Positions 17,014 to 27,579 of a stretch of 64,000 bases of DNA are shown here, in pieces. Each line of letters opens with the position of its first letter. Positions within the stretch are counted from its first letter, which is position 1. The notes beneath the pieces were generated by a model that was given only the letters and a program-made list of their open reading frames with translations, made no database searches and was not told the origin of the DNA. The position numbers and the translations under genes were made by a program. This stretch comes from an uncultured Gammaproteobacteria bacterium (GTDB taxonomy: Bacteria; Pseudomonadota; Gammaproteobacteria; Magnimaribacterales; TMED112): assembly GCA_964575305.1 (NCBI GenBank), contig CAZNPG010000005.1, positions 505 to 64,504 of the forward strand. Direction: 5' to 3'.

Positions 17014-18041
17014 TACTTTATATTTTCCAACCAATCTTTAATTATCTCATTGGTTTCAGCAGGCTTCTCTCTTGCCATCCAATGACCCGACTGAACTTCT
17101 TTTTCTGTTAGATCTGTACAAACCATTTTATTATGGGTATTAAAATTGCTTGTCAGGACACTATCGTAGGTTGCCTGTATGAATAATACTGGACAATCTA
17201 TTGTTGTAAATTGTTTTAATTCTTTAGCATACTGATCATTTAACTCTCCATTTACATACCAAGAGTTGGGACCAAAAAAACCATTTTTTTTGAGAAAATT
17301 TCCGTAAATCTGTGCCTCTGCTTCTGAGATTAAATCACTATCAACTGGAACATCAGGAATAGAATTTAAACCATTAAAGTTTGCATGCTTAAACCACCCA
17401 TTATTATTTCTTATAGATGCTGTCATTGATTTAGCCCCAATTCCAGCATTGAAACAACCTTTAAATTCTTCAGATGGTTTGGTGAAATTTAATTTGATCA
17501 TCTTATAAGGGTCTTCTTCCATTTGTGAGCAAGCTGAGGCAAAATTTTCATAGTAGTAATACATATAGTCCCACTGCCCATATGGGTATTCTTTTTCTGG
17601 ATAAAGTTCTCTGTCAATATGGCTTAAATAACTATCAGGATGTCCTCCCCACCCAAATGGAACACATAAGCTTCCAAGCCCTTTAACAATATTTTGGTGG
17701 TGAAGACCTAAATTCCATACTACCAAAGAGCCCCAATCATGGCCTATCCAAATTGCTTTATTTTGCTTAAGGCTTTTATGTAATTCGACCATATCTTTAA
17801 CAATTTCTTTTTGACAGTAGTCAGAATGGTTTTTATGAATTGTCGATCTGCCGTACCCTCTCATATCTGGTGCAATAACACGATATCCTTGCTCTGAGAG
17901 GTACTCTATTTGTTTTATCCATCCAAGAGATAGATCAGGCCAACCATGTATTAGGTAAATTAATTCTCCGTCTTCTGGGCCTGCAGCAAGATAAAAAGTC
18001 TGATGTCTTTTTGACTTAAAAACGTGTTCTGAAATTTTCAT
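17013..18041 (-). CDS. Alpha/beta hydrolase, epoxide-hydrolase-like
   Basis: IHGWPDLSLGW (the HGWP oxyanion motif), APDMRGYGRS and the nucleophile block GHDWGSLVVW. Confidence 0.8.
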   Translation of the reverse strand: MKISEHVFKSKRHQTFYLAAGPEDGELIYLIHGWPDLSLGWIKQIEYLSEQGYRVIAPDMRGYGRSTIHKNHSDYCQKEIVKDMVELHKSLKQNKAIWIGHDWGSLVVWNLGLHHQNIVKGLGSLCVPFGWGGHPDSYLSHIDRELYPEKEYPYGQWDYMYYYYENFASACSQMEEDPYKMIKLNFTKPSEEFKGCFNAGIGAKSMTASIRNNNGWFKHANFNGLNSIPDVPVDSDLISEAEAQIYGNFLKKNGFFGPNSWYVNGELNDQYAKELKQFTTIDCPVLFIQATYDSVLTSNFNTHNKMVCTDLTEKEVQSGHWMAREKPAETNEIIKDWLENIK

Positions 18042-18059
18042 CTTTAAGGTTTAGATGTG

Positions 18060-18374
18060 TTAATTTCTTGGTGGAAGCTCATCTAGTCTGGCTATGAAGT
18101 TTGTAACGGAGTATTCTCGCCTAATGTTTGAGGCAGCCTGATAATCTTCATCTGCCCACCAAGCCTCCACGTGCTCTTGGGAAGGAAATTCCATTACTAC
18201 AAGCCTGCCTTTTGGAGGATTATCACCTTCTAGACAATGAACATCATCGCTAAATGTTAAGAGTTTTCCATCGTGCTTAGCAAGAGCTTTAATTAAGCCC
18301 CTTTCATAATCTCTGAACTTGTCTTTATCAGTTATTACTTCAAGATTTGCAACAACATATGCTTTTCTGACCAT
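18060..18374 (-). CDS. DUF1330 domain protein
   Basis: 104 aa with AYVVANLEVITDKDKFRDY..GRLVVMEFPS.EHVEAWW..DYQ, the pattern of the DUF1330 dimeric alpha-beta barrel family. Confidence 0.65.
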   Translation of the reverse strand: MVRKAYVVANLEVITDKDKFRDYERGLIKALAKHDGKLLTFSDDVHCLEGDNPPKGRLVVMEFPSQEHVEAWWADEDYQAASNIRREYSVTNFIARLDELPPRN

Positions 18375-18416
18375 ATTTACTCCCTAATAAATTATCTTAC
18401 ATGATAATATTTTTAT

Positions 18417-19061
18417 ATGAAGATAGATTTTTATTTTTCCTACAGAAGCCCATATTCTTACTTAATATTACCAAGGGTTTTAGATCTTAAGAATAATTAT
18501 AAAATTGATATTGATTTTAAACTTGTATATCCATTAGCTATTAGAGAACCTGAATTTTTTAAAGGCAAAAACTTCTTAACTTACTTCTTTTATAAAATCC
18601 GTGATATGCGCTCAGTAGCAAAAAAACTCGATATGCCTTTTTTCACACCAAAACCTGATCCAATAAAACAGAGCTATCTCACAGGCAAAATTTCAGATGA
18701 TCAGCCATATATTTTTGATTTGTGTCATATTGGCCAACAAGCTGCTCAGGAAGGGTTGGGTATTGAAGTGGCATATGAATTATCAAGTTTAATTTTTGGT
18801 ACTAAGGGCGGTTGGAATGAAGAAAGTACTCTAGATAAAGCTTTTGCAAAAGTCGGTCTTAATTATTCTTATCTAAAAAGTAAAACAAAAATAAATGAGG
18901 TTCAGCTAATTGAGCAGATTAAAAAGAATCAAGAAGATCAAATGATTGCTGGTCATCATGGGGTGCCTTTACTTGTTTACAAAAATCAGACCTTTTTTGG
19001 CCAAGATAATTTTGATGCCTGCAAAGAACTTCTTATTAAAGACGGCTTGTCTAGAGCATGA
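18417..19061 (+). CDS. DsbA-family 2-hydroxychromene-2-carboxylate isomerase-like protein
   Basis: MKIDFYFSYRSPYSYL at the N-terminus and GVPLLVY..QTFFGQD near the C-terminus. Confidence 0.7.
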   Translation: MKIDFYFSYRSPYSYLILPRVLDLKNNYKIDIDFKLVYPLAIREPEFFKGKNFLTYFFYKIRDMRSVAKKLDMPFFTPKPDPIKQSYLTGKISDDQPYIFDLCHIGQQAAQEGLGIEVAYELSSLIFGTKGGWNEESTLDKAFAKVGLNYSYLKSKTKINEVQLIEQIKKNQEDQMIAGHHGVPLLVYKNQTFFGQDNFDACKELLIKDGLSRA

Positions 19062-19663
19062 ACCAAGAAACCTATCAAAATGGTTTAAAGCACCTCTTAC
19101 AAATTGAACCTAATTTTAAAAAATTTAATCCTGCTAAAAAGATTAATTTCTTTTTAAGACCTGAAGGTTTTGAAGGAATAGCATCGCTGGTTATTGAGCA
19201 ACAAATATCAGTACAAGCCGCTGAAAGCATAAAAAGAAGAGTATTTGATCTAATGCAAAACATTAGCTCTAAAGAATTTTTAAAACTTAATGAAATTGAT
19301 CTTAGACAGGCAGGGCTTAGTAGGCCAAAAATTTCATATTTGCATGGTATTGCTTGTCTAGAATCAGATGGACTTCTGAACTTTGAAAAGATTAAGCAGC
19401 TTGATGATATCTCTGCAAGAAAAGAGCTTTGTAAAATTAGAGGTATTGGGGAATGGACTGCAGATTGCTACCTTATGGCATCACTTGGTAGAGCTGATAT
19501 ATGGCCTGTTGGCGATATAGGTCTGCAAGAGAGTGTTAGAAAATTAAAAAACCTGAAAGAGCGCCCTAACGTTGAGGATATGACTTCTTTAGCAAGAGAG
19601 TGGCGTCCTTTCAGGTCAATTGCCGCGAATCTGTTATGGGCAGATTACGACGAATATAACTAG
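19058..19663 (+). CDS. DNA-3-methyladenine glycosylase II-like (HhH-GPD)
   Basis: QQISVQAAESI, the HhH element IRGIGEWTADCYLM, and WPVGDIGLQE with the catalytic Asp context. Confidence 0.75.
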   Translation: MNQETYQNGLKHLLQIEPNFKKFNPAKKINFFLRPEGFEGIASLVIEQQISVQAAESIKRRVFDLMQNISSKEFLKLNEIDLRQAGLSRPKISYLHGIACLESDGLLNFEKIKQLDDISARKELCKIRGIGEWTADCYLMASLGRADIWPVGDIGLQESVRKLKNLKERPNVEDMTSLAREWRPFRSIAANLLWADYDEYN

Positions 19664-20121
19664 TCCTTGTTTCTATTCCTATTTCTTTGTTTTCTCATCT
19701 CCCGTTTTTCTCTTTCAAGCATATCTCTTTCCCTACGCGGGTCTCTAAACTTTCTATCCATCATTTTGACTCTGCTTCTCATTTTAGATTTCATCATTCT
19801 TAACCTTCTGTCATGTCTTTGATTAATTTGCTCCTGAGATGGCAGATTAGTTTCCATAACTCGATTTCTCATACTTGTGAGTCTGTCTAAAGCATTGCCT
19901 TTGTACTTTCCAGAGTTTATTAGCAGATCTAAATCAGCTATTCTGCTTTCTCTCTTTGCTTTAAGCTCAGTAAGAGATGGGGGTCCTTTCAGTTCAGCTA
20001 AATCCATTTTAAGCTTTGCCATCCACATCTGATCTTGCATATCAGTAGGCATTCTTTTGTGATCATCGGCTATCATGAGGCCCGAAATAACAAAAAATAG
20101 TAAAAATAATATTTTCTTCAT
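19660..20121 (-). CDS. Hypothetical secreted, extremely basic Arg/Lys/Met-rich protein
   Basis: Signal peptide MKKILFLLFFVISGLMIA and a C-terminal RHDRRLRMMKSKMRSRVKMMDRKFRDPRRERDMLEREKREMRKQRNRNRNKD. No family was recognised. Confidence 0.4.
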   Translation of the reverse strand: MKKILFLLFFVISGLMIADDHKRMPTDMQDQMWMAKLKMDLAELKGPPSLTELKAKRESRIADLDLLINSGKYKGNALDRLTSMRNRVMETNLPSQEQINQRHDRRLRMMKSKMRSRVKMMDRKFRDPRRERDMLEREKREMRKQRNRNRNKD

Positions 20122-20157
20122 AATTAGCTCCTATTAATTTGATTGGTAAAAAATAAA

Positions 20158-21354
20158 TTAGTTCAAATATTTAACAACATTTGTAAAAATTTTTATACAA
20201 CGCTCGAGTGTCGCTATATCTGGAAATGTTGGGGCAAGCCTAATGTTGTTATTAGTGGGGTCTTTTTGATATGGGAAGCATGCTCCTAATGGCAATAACT
20301 TCAGGCCTAACTTGCTGCATGAATCTATGATTTCATCCGCATTATTTCTTGTTGAATTAAAAGAGAAAAAATATCCTCCTGTTGGCTTAACATAAGTACA
20401 TAGCTCATTATCTTGCAAAGGTTTTAAGCAAGAATCTACTAAATCAAACTTCGGTTTTATAACATTCTTAAGTCCATCCATCTGGTTCTCTAGCGAAATA
20501 GCCTCAAAGTATTTCATATGCAAGCCTTGATTCATTTTGTTAGGCCCTGGGGTAATGGCATTTCTAAAATCTATAAATGTATCCAAATTGCTCTTTGAAC
20601 TAGAAAAAAAAGAAATTCCAGCTCCAGCTAAAGTTATTTTTGATGTTGATCCAACTTGAAAATAGTTATTCTCCATATCGTGATCCTTAGCTATTTGATC
20701 TATAGGAGTTTGTTCTATAGTTTCGTATAAATCATGACAAGCGTATGCATTGTCCCAAAAGAAAGAAAAATTATTTTTATAGGGTTGGGCAAGCTTAAAT
20801 AGAGCTTTAACGTTTTCGTCAGAATATGTATGTCCAGTTGGATTAGAGTGTCTTGGCACACAAACAATACCATGTATATTGTCTTCAGATTTAAGCAGGT
20901 GTTCAATTGCATCAAGGTCGGGGCCATCATCTTGGAAAGGAACTGTTATCATTTGTATGCCAAAGTTTTCTAATAACTTGAAATGTCTATCGTAGCCAGG
21001 CACAGGGCAAATTATTTTACTCTCCTTTGATAACTTTGAGTTTTTAAAGCCCAGAAAGAATGAACAACTAATTATTTGATGCATTAAAGTTAATGATGAA
21101 TTGTCTAATGCGTGAGTTTCATCATAATTTGAATTTAATATCAAAGCCCCAAGCTTTCTTGCAGATGGCAAGCCCTCAGGATTTCCATAATTTCTTAAAT
21201 CAATACCATCTAATTCAAAAGGTTGCTCTATTTTGGCAAGAATATTTTGCACAATGTCTAATTGTTCTGGCGCTGGCTTTCCTCTTGTTAAATCGTATGT
21301 GCTATTAGCATCGAACCAAGGGAGTTCTTGCTTAATATGTTCTAAAATATTCAT
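20158..21354 (-). CDS. PLP-dependent aminotransferase, class I/II fold (AspT/class Ic-like)
   Basis: DLTRGKPAPEQLD, SNPTGH and the Schiff-base lysine block STSKITLAGAGISF. Confidence 0.75.
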   Translation of the reverse strand: MNILEHIKQELPWFDANSTYDLTRGKPAPEQLDIVQNILAKIEQPFELDGIDLRNYGNPEGLPSARKLGALILNSNYDETHALDNSSLTLMHQIISCSFFLGFKNSKLSKESKIICPVPGYDRHFKLLENFGIQMITVPFQDDGPDLDAIEHLLKSEDNIHGIVCVPRHSNPTGHTYSDENVKALFKLAQPYKNNFSFFWDNAYACHDLYETIEQTPIDQIAKDHDMENNYFQVGSTSKITLAGAGISFFSSSKSNLDTFIDFRNAITPGPNKMNQGLHMKYFEAISLENQMDGLKNVIKPKFDLVDSCLKPLQDNELCTYVKPTGGYFFSFNSTRNNADEIIDSCSKLGLKLLPLGACFPYQKDPTNNNIRLAPTFPDIATLERCIKIFTNVVKYLN

Positions 21355-21356
21355 CT

Positions 21357-22469
21357 ATGGAGTTAGTAGTAGTAATTTTAACAATTTTTTTAGTTATTTC
21401 TTTAGCAGGTGTTATTTTTTTGCTTACTAAGAATAAAAAAGAGCTTGATCCCAATTCATTATCTAGTGAACTTGAGCAAAAATTATCAAGCTCGATAGAT
21501 AATATCTTTAAAAAACGAGAGGATGAATTTAAAAAAACATCCAAAGAAAATATTGAGAATATTATTGATCCATTTAAGAAAAGAATTAAAGAATTTGAAG
21601 ATGAAGTCAGGAAAAATACCACACAACAGCATGAATTTCACACCAAGACAAAAGTCACAATAGATAACTTAATTGAGCAAACCAATCAAATAACCTCAGA
21701 TGCCAACAAGCTGACAAAAGCACTTTCAGGTGATAGCAAAACACAAGGAGACTATGGCGAATTAAAATTAAAAATGCTTCTTGAGAATTCAGGTCTTGAG
21801 GAAAATACTCACTATAGATTACAAAAAAGCTTCACTGTCAAAGCAGATGAAGATATCTCGAGAGAAATACCTGATGCTGTAATTTATTTACCTCATAACA
21901 GGAATTTAATTATTGACTCAAAGTTTTCTTTCAATGCCTATAACGATTATTGCAATACTGAATCAAAAGATGAAAAACAAAAATTTGGAAAAGTTCTAAC
22001 CAAGAATATTCGTGAGAGAATTAATGATTTAAGTGAAACGAGATATAGCCAAATAGAAGAGCTTAATACCCCTGATATAATTTTTATGTTCTTGGGTATA
22101 GATGATTCACTGAGTGTTGCGCTAAAACATGATCCTGAGCTTGTCTCATATGCAGATAAAAAAAGAATTGCATTGGTGAGCCCATCAATACTTCATATTT
22201 CAATTAAAATGGTCGAAAATCTTTGGCGATTAGATGGCCAAAGAGAGAGTGTGATCAAAGTGTATGAAGAAGCACAAAAATTAGTTGCTAAGCTGCATGG
22301 ATTCACAGATGTGATGGATAGTCTTGGTAATTCTATAGCTCAAAGTCAGAAAAAATACGATGATGCACGGAATAAGCTGATAGATGGCAAAGGGTCTATG
22401 TCGTCAAGAATAGAAGGTCTAGTGGCACTAGGGTCAAAAGAATCCAATAAGCTTAAAGATGATAGTTGA
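21357..22469 (+). CDS. rmuC: DNA recombination protein RmuC
   Basis: N-terminal TM helix, a coiled coil, then QGDYGELKLKMLLENSGL..PDAVIYLP..IIDSKFSF..FMFL, the RmuC nuclease-like core. Confidence 0.85.
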   Translation: MELVVVILTIFLVISLAGVIFLLTKNKKELDPNSLSSELEQKLSSSIDNIFKKREDEFKKTSKENIENIIDPFKKRIKEFEDEVRKNTTQQHEFHTKTKVTIDNLIEQTNQITSDANKLTKALSGDSKTQGDYGELKLKMLLENSGLEENTHYRLQKSFTVKADEDISREIPDAVIYLPHNRNLIIDSKFSFNAYNDYCNTESKDEKQKFGKVLTKNIRERINDLSETRYSQIEELNTPDIIFMFLGIDDSLSVALKHDPELVSYADKKRIALVSPSILHISIKMVENLWRLDGQRESVIKVYEEAQKLVAKLHGFTDVMDSLGNSIAQSQKKYDDARNKLIDGKGSMSSRIEGLVALGSKESNKLKDDS

Positions 22470-23250
22470 ATTTCTAATATTTGGTCTGGTTGGGATTGTT
22501 ACAGGCACCATGGCCGGTCTTTTTGGTGTTGGTGGTGGTTTAATTATCGTACCTGTAATGCATTTTATTTTGACATCCAATGGTTTAGCAGAATCTCTTG
22601 CTATACCCTTGTCTATTGGAACAGCATTAGCATGTATTATTGTTACATCATCTTCAGCAGCTTATTCTCATTACAAAAAAGATTCACTTTCAATCAAGAG
22701 ATTCTCTCAGCTTACAGTTGGGATTCTTATTGGTGCTGGTTTTGGATCGAGCTTTGTTATAAGTGTTGACTCTGAGATATTAAAAACCATGCTGGCAATA
22801 TTTGTATCAATAATGGCAGCCCGACTTTTTATTAATATAAAAATGCCTAGAGCAACCAAAGAACCAAATTTCCTTTTCTTTAATATTTCTGGTGGGGTGA
22901 TAGGTTATTTGTCTTCAATATTTGGCATAGGAGGCGGCATCTTTAGTGTTCCTTTGCTAAAAATAAGTGGAATGGAGATGAAAAAAGCTGTAGGAACTGG
23001 TGCTGCTTGTGCTTTTCCAATAGCGGTATTATCTTCAACCTCATATTTGTTATTGGGGCTTAATGTGGGTGGCTTGCCTGACTATACAATTGGCTTTATC
23101 TATCTGCCTGGTGTTTTTGGTATAGTTATATTTAGTTTTTTCTTTGCAAAAGTTGGAACTCAGTTAGCACATAAGCTCAATGATAAATTCTTACAGTTCA
23201 TATTTGCAGCTCATCTTGTACCTGTTGCAATTTATTGGTTTTTAAAATGA
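22459..23250 (+). CDS. TauE/SafE (DUF81) family anion exporter-like membrane protein
   Basis: Two repeated halves, each with G..GVGGG.I.VP (GLFGVGGGLIIVP and IFGIGGGIFSVP). Confidence 0.8.
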   Translation: MIVEFLIFGLVGIVTGTMAGLFGVGGGLIIVPVMHFILTSNGLAESLAIPLSIGTALACIIVTSSSAAYSHYKKDSLSIKRFSQLTVGILIGAGFGSSFVISVDSEILKTMLAIFVSIMAARLFINIKMPRATKEPNFLFFNISGGVIGYLSSIFGIGGGIFSVPLLKISGMEMKKAVGTGAACAFPIAVLSSTSYLLLGLNVGGLPDYTIGFIYLPGVFGIVIFSFFFAKVGTQLAHKLNDKFLQFIFAAHLVPVAIYWFLK

Positions 23251-24062
23251 TCACTTACCCTAATATTGACCCAGTAGCCTTATCAATTCCTTTGCCAGGT
23301 TTTTTACACCCTTATCTTGGTGATGCGCTTAATATTCACTGGTACGGGCTAGCGTATGTTCTAGGTGCTTATCTAATTTACTTGAGGATGGTTGCCACAA
23401 GAACAAAATTTAATATTGATGTCTCTAAAGAAGAGGTAAGTGATGTTGTCTTCACTTATGGGTTATTTTTTGGGGCAATTGTTGGCGGAAGGCTTGGTCA
23501 TGTACTTTTTTACGATCTGCATATGCAGTTTGCCGATCCTTTATATTTCCTTAAAATTTGGCAAGGAGGCATGTCGTTCCATGGTGGGTTGATTGGTGTG
23601 ATGATCTCAATGTGGTTCTATGCAAATAAAAAAGGGTTTACGTTTTTTCAAGTAACGGATTGGATTGCACCACAGGTTCCAATAGCTTTATTCCTTGGAA
23701 GAATTGCAAATTTTATTAATGCTGAATTGTATGGGCGACCGACTGATGTTCCTTGGGCGATGGTTTTTCCCACCGACCCATTAGGTTTAACAAGACATCC
23801 TTCACAAATTTATGAAGCCTTATTAGAAGGATTGTTGTTATTTCTTTTCTTAAATTTTGTTATTAACAAAACTAACCAAGTTGGAAGACACTCAGGTTAC
23901 TTTCTAATTGGTTATGGTTTAGCCAGATCTATCTCTGAAATATACAGAACTCCAGATACAGTATGGGGAAATGATTTTTTATTGTTTAGTTTTTTAACAC
24001 AAGGGCAGTTATTGTCAGTTCCTATGATAATATTAGGAGTATTCATACTTTCAAAAAAATAA
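23247..24062 (+). CDS. lgt: Prolipoprotein diacylglyceryl transferase
   Basis: MITYPNIDPVALSI..HWYGLAYVLG, GGMSFHGGLIG, GRIANFINAELYGRPT and HPSQIYEA. I chose the start at the ATG at 23247, which makes an ATGA overlap with the preceding gene. Confidence 0.9.
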   Translation: MITYPNIDPVALSIPLPGFLHPYLGDALNIHWYGLAYVLGAYLIYLRMVATRTKFNIDVSKEEVSDVVFTYGLFFGAIVGGRLGHVLFYDLHMQFADPLYFLKIWQGGMSFHGGLIGVMISMWFYANKKGFTFFQVTDWIAPQVPIALFLGRIANFINAELYGRPTDVPWAMVFPTDPLGLTRHPSQIYEALLEGLLLFLFLNFVINKTNQVGRHSGYFLIGYGLARSISEIYRTPDTVWGNDFLLFSFLTQGQLLSVPMIILGVFILSKK

Positions 24063-24851
24063 ATGCAAGAATACCTAGATTTACTTAAAAAAGTTAAAGA
24101 CTCAGGCAAGCCAAAAGGCGATAGAACTGGTACTGGCACTATTTCAATCTTTGGCCATCAAATGAGATTTGATTTACAAGAATCATTCCCACTATTAACA
24201 ACAAAGAAAATCCACTTTAAATCAGTTGCATATGAGCTGCTCTGGTTTTTAAAAGGCGATACGAATATAAAATATTTAAAAGATAATGGAGTATCTATCT
24301 GGGATGAATGGGCTGATGAAAATGGGGACCTTGGACCAGTATATGGTAAGCAATGGCGTAAATGGCAATCTGCCGAAGGCATGCACGATCAGATTTCTGG
24401 AGTCATAGATCAAATAAAAACTAATCCAAACAGTAGAAGACATATAGTAAGTGCTTGGAATGTTGGCGAGATACCAAGTATGGCGTTAGCCCCATGCCAT
24501 ATTCTTTTTCAATTTTATGTTCAAGATGGCAAATTATCGTGCCAGCTGTATCAAAGAAGTGCCGATGTATTTCTAGGTGTGCCTTTTAATATTGCTTCTT
24601 ATGCATTGTTAACTCATATGATAGCTAGCGTATGTGATTTAGAAGTAGGGGATTTTGTCCACACCTTAGGTGATGCACATTTATATACAAACCATTTGAA
24701 TCAAGCCGAGGAGCAACTTTCTAGATCACCTCTTTCACCGCCAAAAATTAAAATTGCCAAAAAGAATTCAATCGATCTATATGAGTTTGAAGATTTTGAA
24801 CTGATAGATTATCAACATCATCCACATATACCAGCAGTAGTAGCTGTATGA
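24063..24851 (+). CDS. thyA: Thymidylate synthase
   Basis: DRTGTGT.S.FG.QMRFDL and the catalytic [12 protein letters not shown], then [23 protein letters not shown]. Confidence 0.97.
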   Translation: MQEYLDLLKKVKDSGKPKGDRTGTGTISIFGHQMRFDLQESFPLLTTKKIHFKSVAYELLWFLKGDTNIKYLKDNGVSIWDEWADENGDLGPVYGKQWRKWQSAEGMHDQISGVIDQIKTNPNSRRHIVSAWNVGEIPSMALAPCHILFQFYVQDGKLSCQLYQRSADVFLGVPFNIASYALLTHMIASVCDLEVGDFVHTLGDAHLYTNHLNQAEEQLSRSPLSPPKIKIAKKNSIDLYEFEDFELIDYQHHPHIPAVVAV

Positions 24852-25339
24852 TTATCTCGTCTCTAGTAGCCATGAATGGCAATAAGCTAATTGGTGTTAA
24901 TAATGATCTGCCTTGGAAGTTAAAAGATGACCTTGAGCACTTTAAAAATTACTCAATGCATAAACCAATCATAATGGGAAGAAATACATATGATTCTATT
25001 GGGAGGCCTCTACCAAATAGAACAAATATCATTGTTTCAAATACACTCAATGAAGTTTCAGGTTGCTATATCTGTAATTCTCTTGATCAAGCAGTTTTAT
25101 TAGGCAAAGAGCACACCAATGATGAGATTATATTAATTGGTGGTGCAAAAATCTTTGAAGAAGGTATGAAAATAATTAATAAGCTTGTCATAAGCTGGGT
25201 AGATGCAGATCATCTTAAAGGAGATGTTTACTTTCCTAATTTTGATATGAATGATTGGGTTGAAGTATCAAGTGATGTTTATCAGAAATCGGATAACAAT
25301 GAATTTTCTTTTAAGATCTCTGAATATATTAAGAAATAG
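24848..25339 (+). CDS. folA: Dihydrofolate reductase
   Basis: [39 protein letters not shown] and [10 protein letters not shown]. It has an ATGA overlap with thyA. Confidence 0.9.
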   Translation: MIISSLVAMNGNKLIGVNNDLPWKLKDDLEHFKNYSMHKPIIMGRNTYDSIGRPLPNRTNIIVSNTLNEVSGCYICNSLDQAVLLGKEHTNDEIILIGGAKIFEEGMKIINKLVISWVDADHLKGDVYFPNFDMNDWVEVSSDVYQKSDNNEFSFKISEYIKK

Positions 25340-26942
25340 ATTCTTTTCTTAAGTTTAGGTTTCTGACTCTTTCTTGTTCATTATCAGTATATTTTAACCA
25401 TGCTCTAGCAGATTTTTTTACTGAATCTTTTTTACTCTTAGACGCCTGAGTAAAGACTTCTCTTGCTTCATTAAATCTCTGAAGCTCAAACAAAGCTTGA
25501 CCAAGAGTTAGTTGAGCAAAACCTGGATTTTTTAGATCTCCAACTTTTAATCCTTTATTTATAGCCTCAATAGCCTGGTCAATTTGATCCTCTTGGTAAT
25601 AAAGATTACCCATAGCAATGTAAGCCTCTCCGTTATCTGTAACTTTTGTTAGTTTTGCGAAAACTTCTATTGCTGCTTTTCTTTCTTGTGCAGCTCTTAG
25701 AGCTCCAGCTAAAATAGTTAAATTTTGTTTATCTTCTTCAAGCATTGGTTTTGCAGTCTGGTCTAGCGCCATTGCTGTTTTTGGTTTAACAAATGCTGGC
25801 CCCAATATATCTGTACAAACCAGCTCTTCTATTGCTATACCTTCTTTATCAGTTTTGAGATTACCTTTCTCATCTAACACTTTACTCATTAAGCATTCCT
25901 GATCAACAACCCTCAAGCCTGGAACAGTGGTCATGCCAGTAAGCATAACTTCTGCTGCCCAATAAGGATTTCCAGCTGCTAATAACATTTGTGATAAAGA
26001 TTGGAATTCACTCTTTTTATTTAATAATTGTTTTGTATAGGCAGTCTTCAGTAAACTGGTGTAATCTCCTGGTCTCTCCAAGTCGCTGTATAGGCCAGCT
26101 AAATTTACAAAATACTTCTTCTTTGGATAAAGTTCTAAAATTTCTTCATATAATGGCACCTGCTCTTCTTTAAGTTCTAACTCACTCATAGATGCAATTA
26201 ATAGTGAGTACCAATTCTCTCTAAATCTAATATTGTTTTCATCAGCAAGGCGTTTAGCTTGTCTCACATTATTGAAAGCTTTCTTTTTGCTGTTTAATGC
26301 TTTTGATTTTGATTTTTCTTGATCAGCTAAAAGATAATATGCTTGGCCAAGCAGCACATAAGCGTCTGGTTTTACATCAGGAGCATTTTTAAACCATTTA
26401 ATTAGGTAATTAACACCAGCATCAAAGTTAGATTCAGATAAATAGAGTTGTGCTAGCACATAGTATGCTTCAACTCTCAGCTTATCATTGGTATCTTCCT
26501 CATCAACAACCTTCAAATAATTTGAAATAGCTTCTGGAATCTTGTTTTGATAGGCAAGGTTAAAGTAAGACTGGTAATAATAGATCATAGATCTGTCATA
26601 ACTTTTGAGAGAGTCCATTCTTGGCTTTAATTCATCTAATTCTTGCTGTCCTTTTGCTACTGCTCTATTAATTTCGGCATCTTTAGCTTTAGCTTCTTTT
26701 TCTTTTTTCTCTTTTTTGAGTAGTCTCTGCTCTTCTTCGAGGATGCTTGCTTCATCAAGTGCTTCTATAACTCTTTGGACTTTTCTGGCCACAGACGGAG
26801 TCATAACTTTCGCTCTTTTCTTCGTATTAAGTTCTCTTATTCTTTCTTCGGATGCTAATTCTGGAAGACCATAACTTGGTTCAGGAACCTCAGTAATTAA
26901 ATTACAGGAAAATGTTAATAGTATTAATAATAAAATTCTCAT
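25329..26942 (-). CDS. TPR-repeat protein, last gene of the TonB2-type cluster (TtpD-like position)
   Basis: Signal/lipobox LLTFSC and multiple TPR-like A..Y..LGQAY repeats. It is translationally coupled (1-nt overlap) to tonB. Confidence 0.65.
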   Translation of the reverse strand: MRILLLILLTFSCNLITEVPEPSYGLPELASEERIRELNTKKRAKVMTPSVARKVQRVIEALDEASILEEEQRLLKKEKKEKEAKAKDAEINRAVAKGQQELDELKPRMDSLKSYDRSMIYYYQSYFNLAYQNKIPEAISNYLKVVDEEDTNDKLRVEAYYVLAQLYLSESNFDAGVNYLIKWFKNAPDVKPDAYVLLGQAYYLLADQEKSKSKALNSKKKAFNNVRQAKRLADENNIRFRENWYSLLIASMSELELKEEQVPLYEEILELYPKKKYFVNLAGLYSDLERPGDYTSLLKTAYTKQLLNKKSEFQSLSQMLLAAGNPYWAAEVMLTGMTTVPGLRVVDQECLMSKVLDEKGNLKTDKEGIAIEELVCTDILGPAFVKPKTAMALDQTAKPMLEEDKQNLTILAGALRAAQERKAAIEVFAKLTKVTDNGEAYIAMGNLYYQEDQIDQAIEAINKGLKVGDLKNPGFAQLTLGQALFELQRFNEAREVFTQASKSKKDSVKKSARAWLKYTDNEQERVRNLNLRKESIS

Positions 26943-27577
26943 TAGCTGTCTTGCTCCAATTCAAATGAAAATTTATGAGGCACATCTGCAACAGCAACTG
27001 CTCTACCATCTCTTACAGTTGGCTTATATTTAAGCTTTGCTGCAGCTCTTAATGTTGCTGAGTTAAACATTGAACATGTATTAAATTCGCCCTCTCTATT
27101 AGCTGCAGATCTACATTTTCCTTCCATAACATATGGTTCTTCTATTGTTCCAGATTCTGTAATAGTGAAGGCAACAATTACATAACCTTCCATATTTCTT
27201 TCTTTTGCTCTTCTAGGATAGATTGGCTGAACTTTAAATAGTGGAATATAGTCTCCATCCCTAAATAGTGCGCCTGTGCCTTGTGAGAAATTTATATCTG
27301 GCTTTGATGCTTGAGCTGCCACTGCAATAGGAGTTACATCTAATTGTGGTGGAGCTATATCAGGTGGTGCAATTTCTGGTTCTTCAGGTGGCTCTACCTC
27401 TTCTGAGGTGATAGTTTCAATTTCTCTATCTGGCATGATGACATCACCAATTTTTCTGCCTTTTACAACATCACCTGAATCACCAGTACTGACTAGTAAT
27501 ACCATAAATATAAACAACAAAAAGGCCACTAATGGTGCCATAGCAACAAATGTGTATCTTTTTGTATCAGCCGTCAT
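26942..27577 (-). CDS. tonB: Energy transducer TonB
   Basis: N-terminal anchor, a Pro/Glu-rich spacer EEVEPPEEPEIAPPDIAPPQ, and a C-terminal domain YPRRAKERNMEGYVIVAFTITESGTI..KYKP. Confidence 0.8.
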   Translation of the reverse strand: MTADTKRYTFVAMAPLVAFLLFIFMVLLVSTGDSGDVVKGRKIGDVIMPDREIETITSEEVEPPEEPEIAPPDIAPPQLDVTPIAVAAQASKPDINFSQGTGALFRDGDYIPLFKVQPIYPRRAKERNMEGYVIVAFTITESGTIEEPYVMEGKCRSAANREGEFNTCSMFNSATLRAAAKLKYKPTVRDGRAVAVADVPHKFSFELEQDS

Positions 27578-27579
27578 AT

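Noticed and set aside
21357-22469. RmuC (and UvrD at 39749..41920) as components of a phage-defence system
   Set aside because: Both are full-length housekeeping-type proteins in conserved housekeeping neighbourhoods (uvrD next to lipB-lipA). They have no adjacent nuclease, ATPase or methylase partners or mobile-element signatures.
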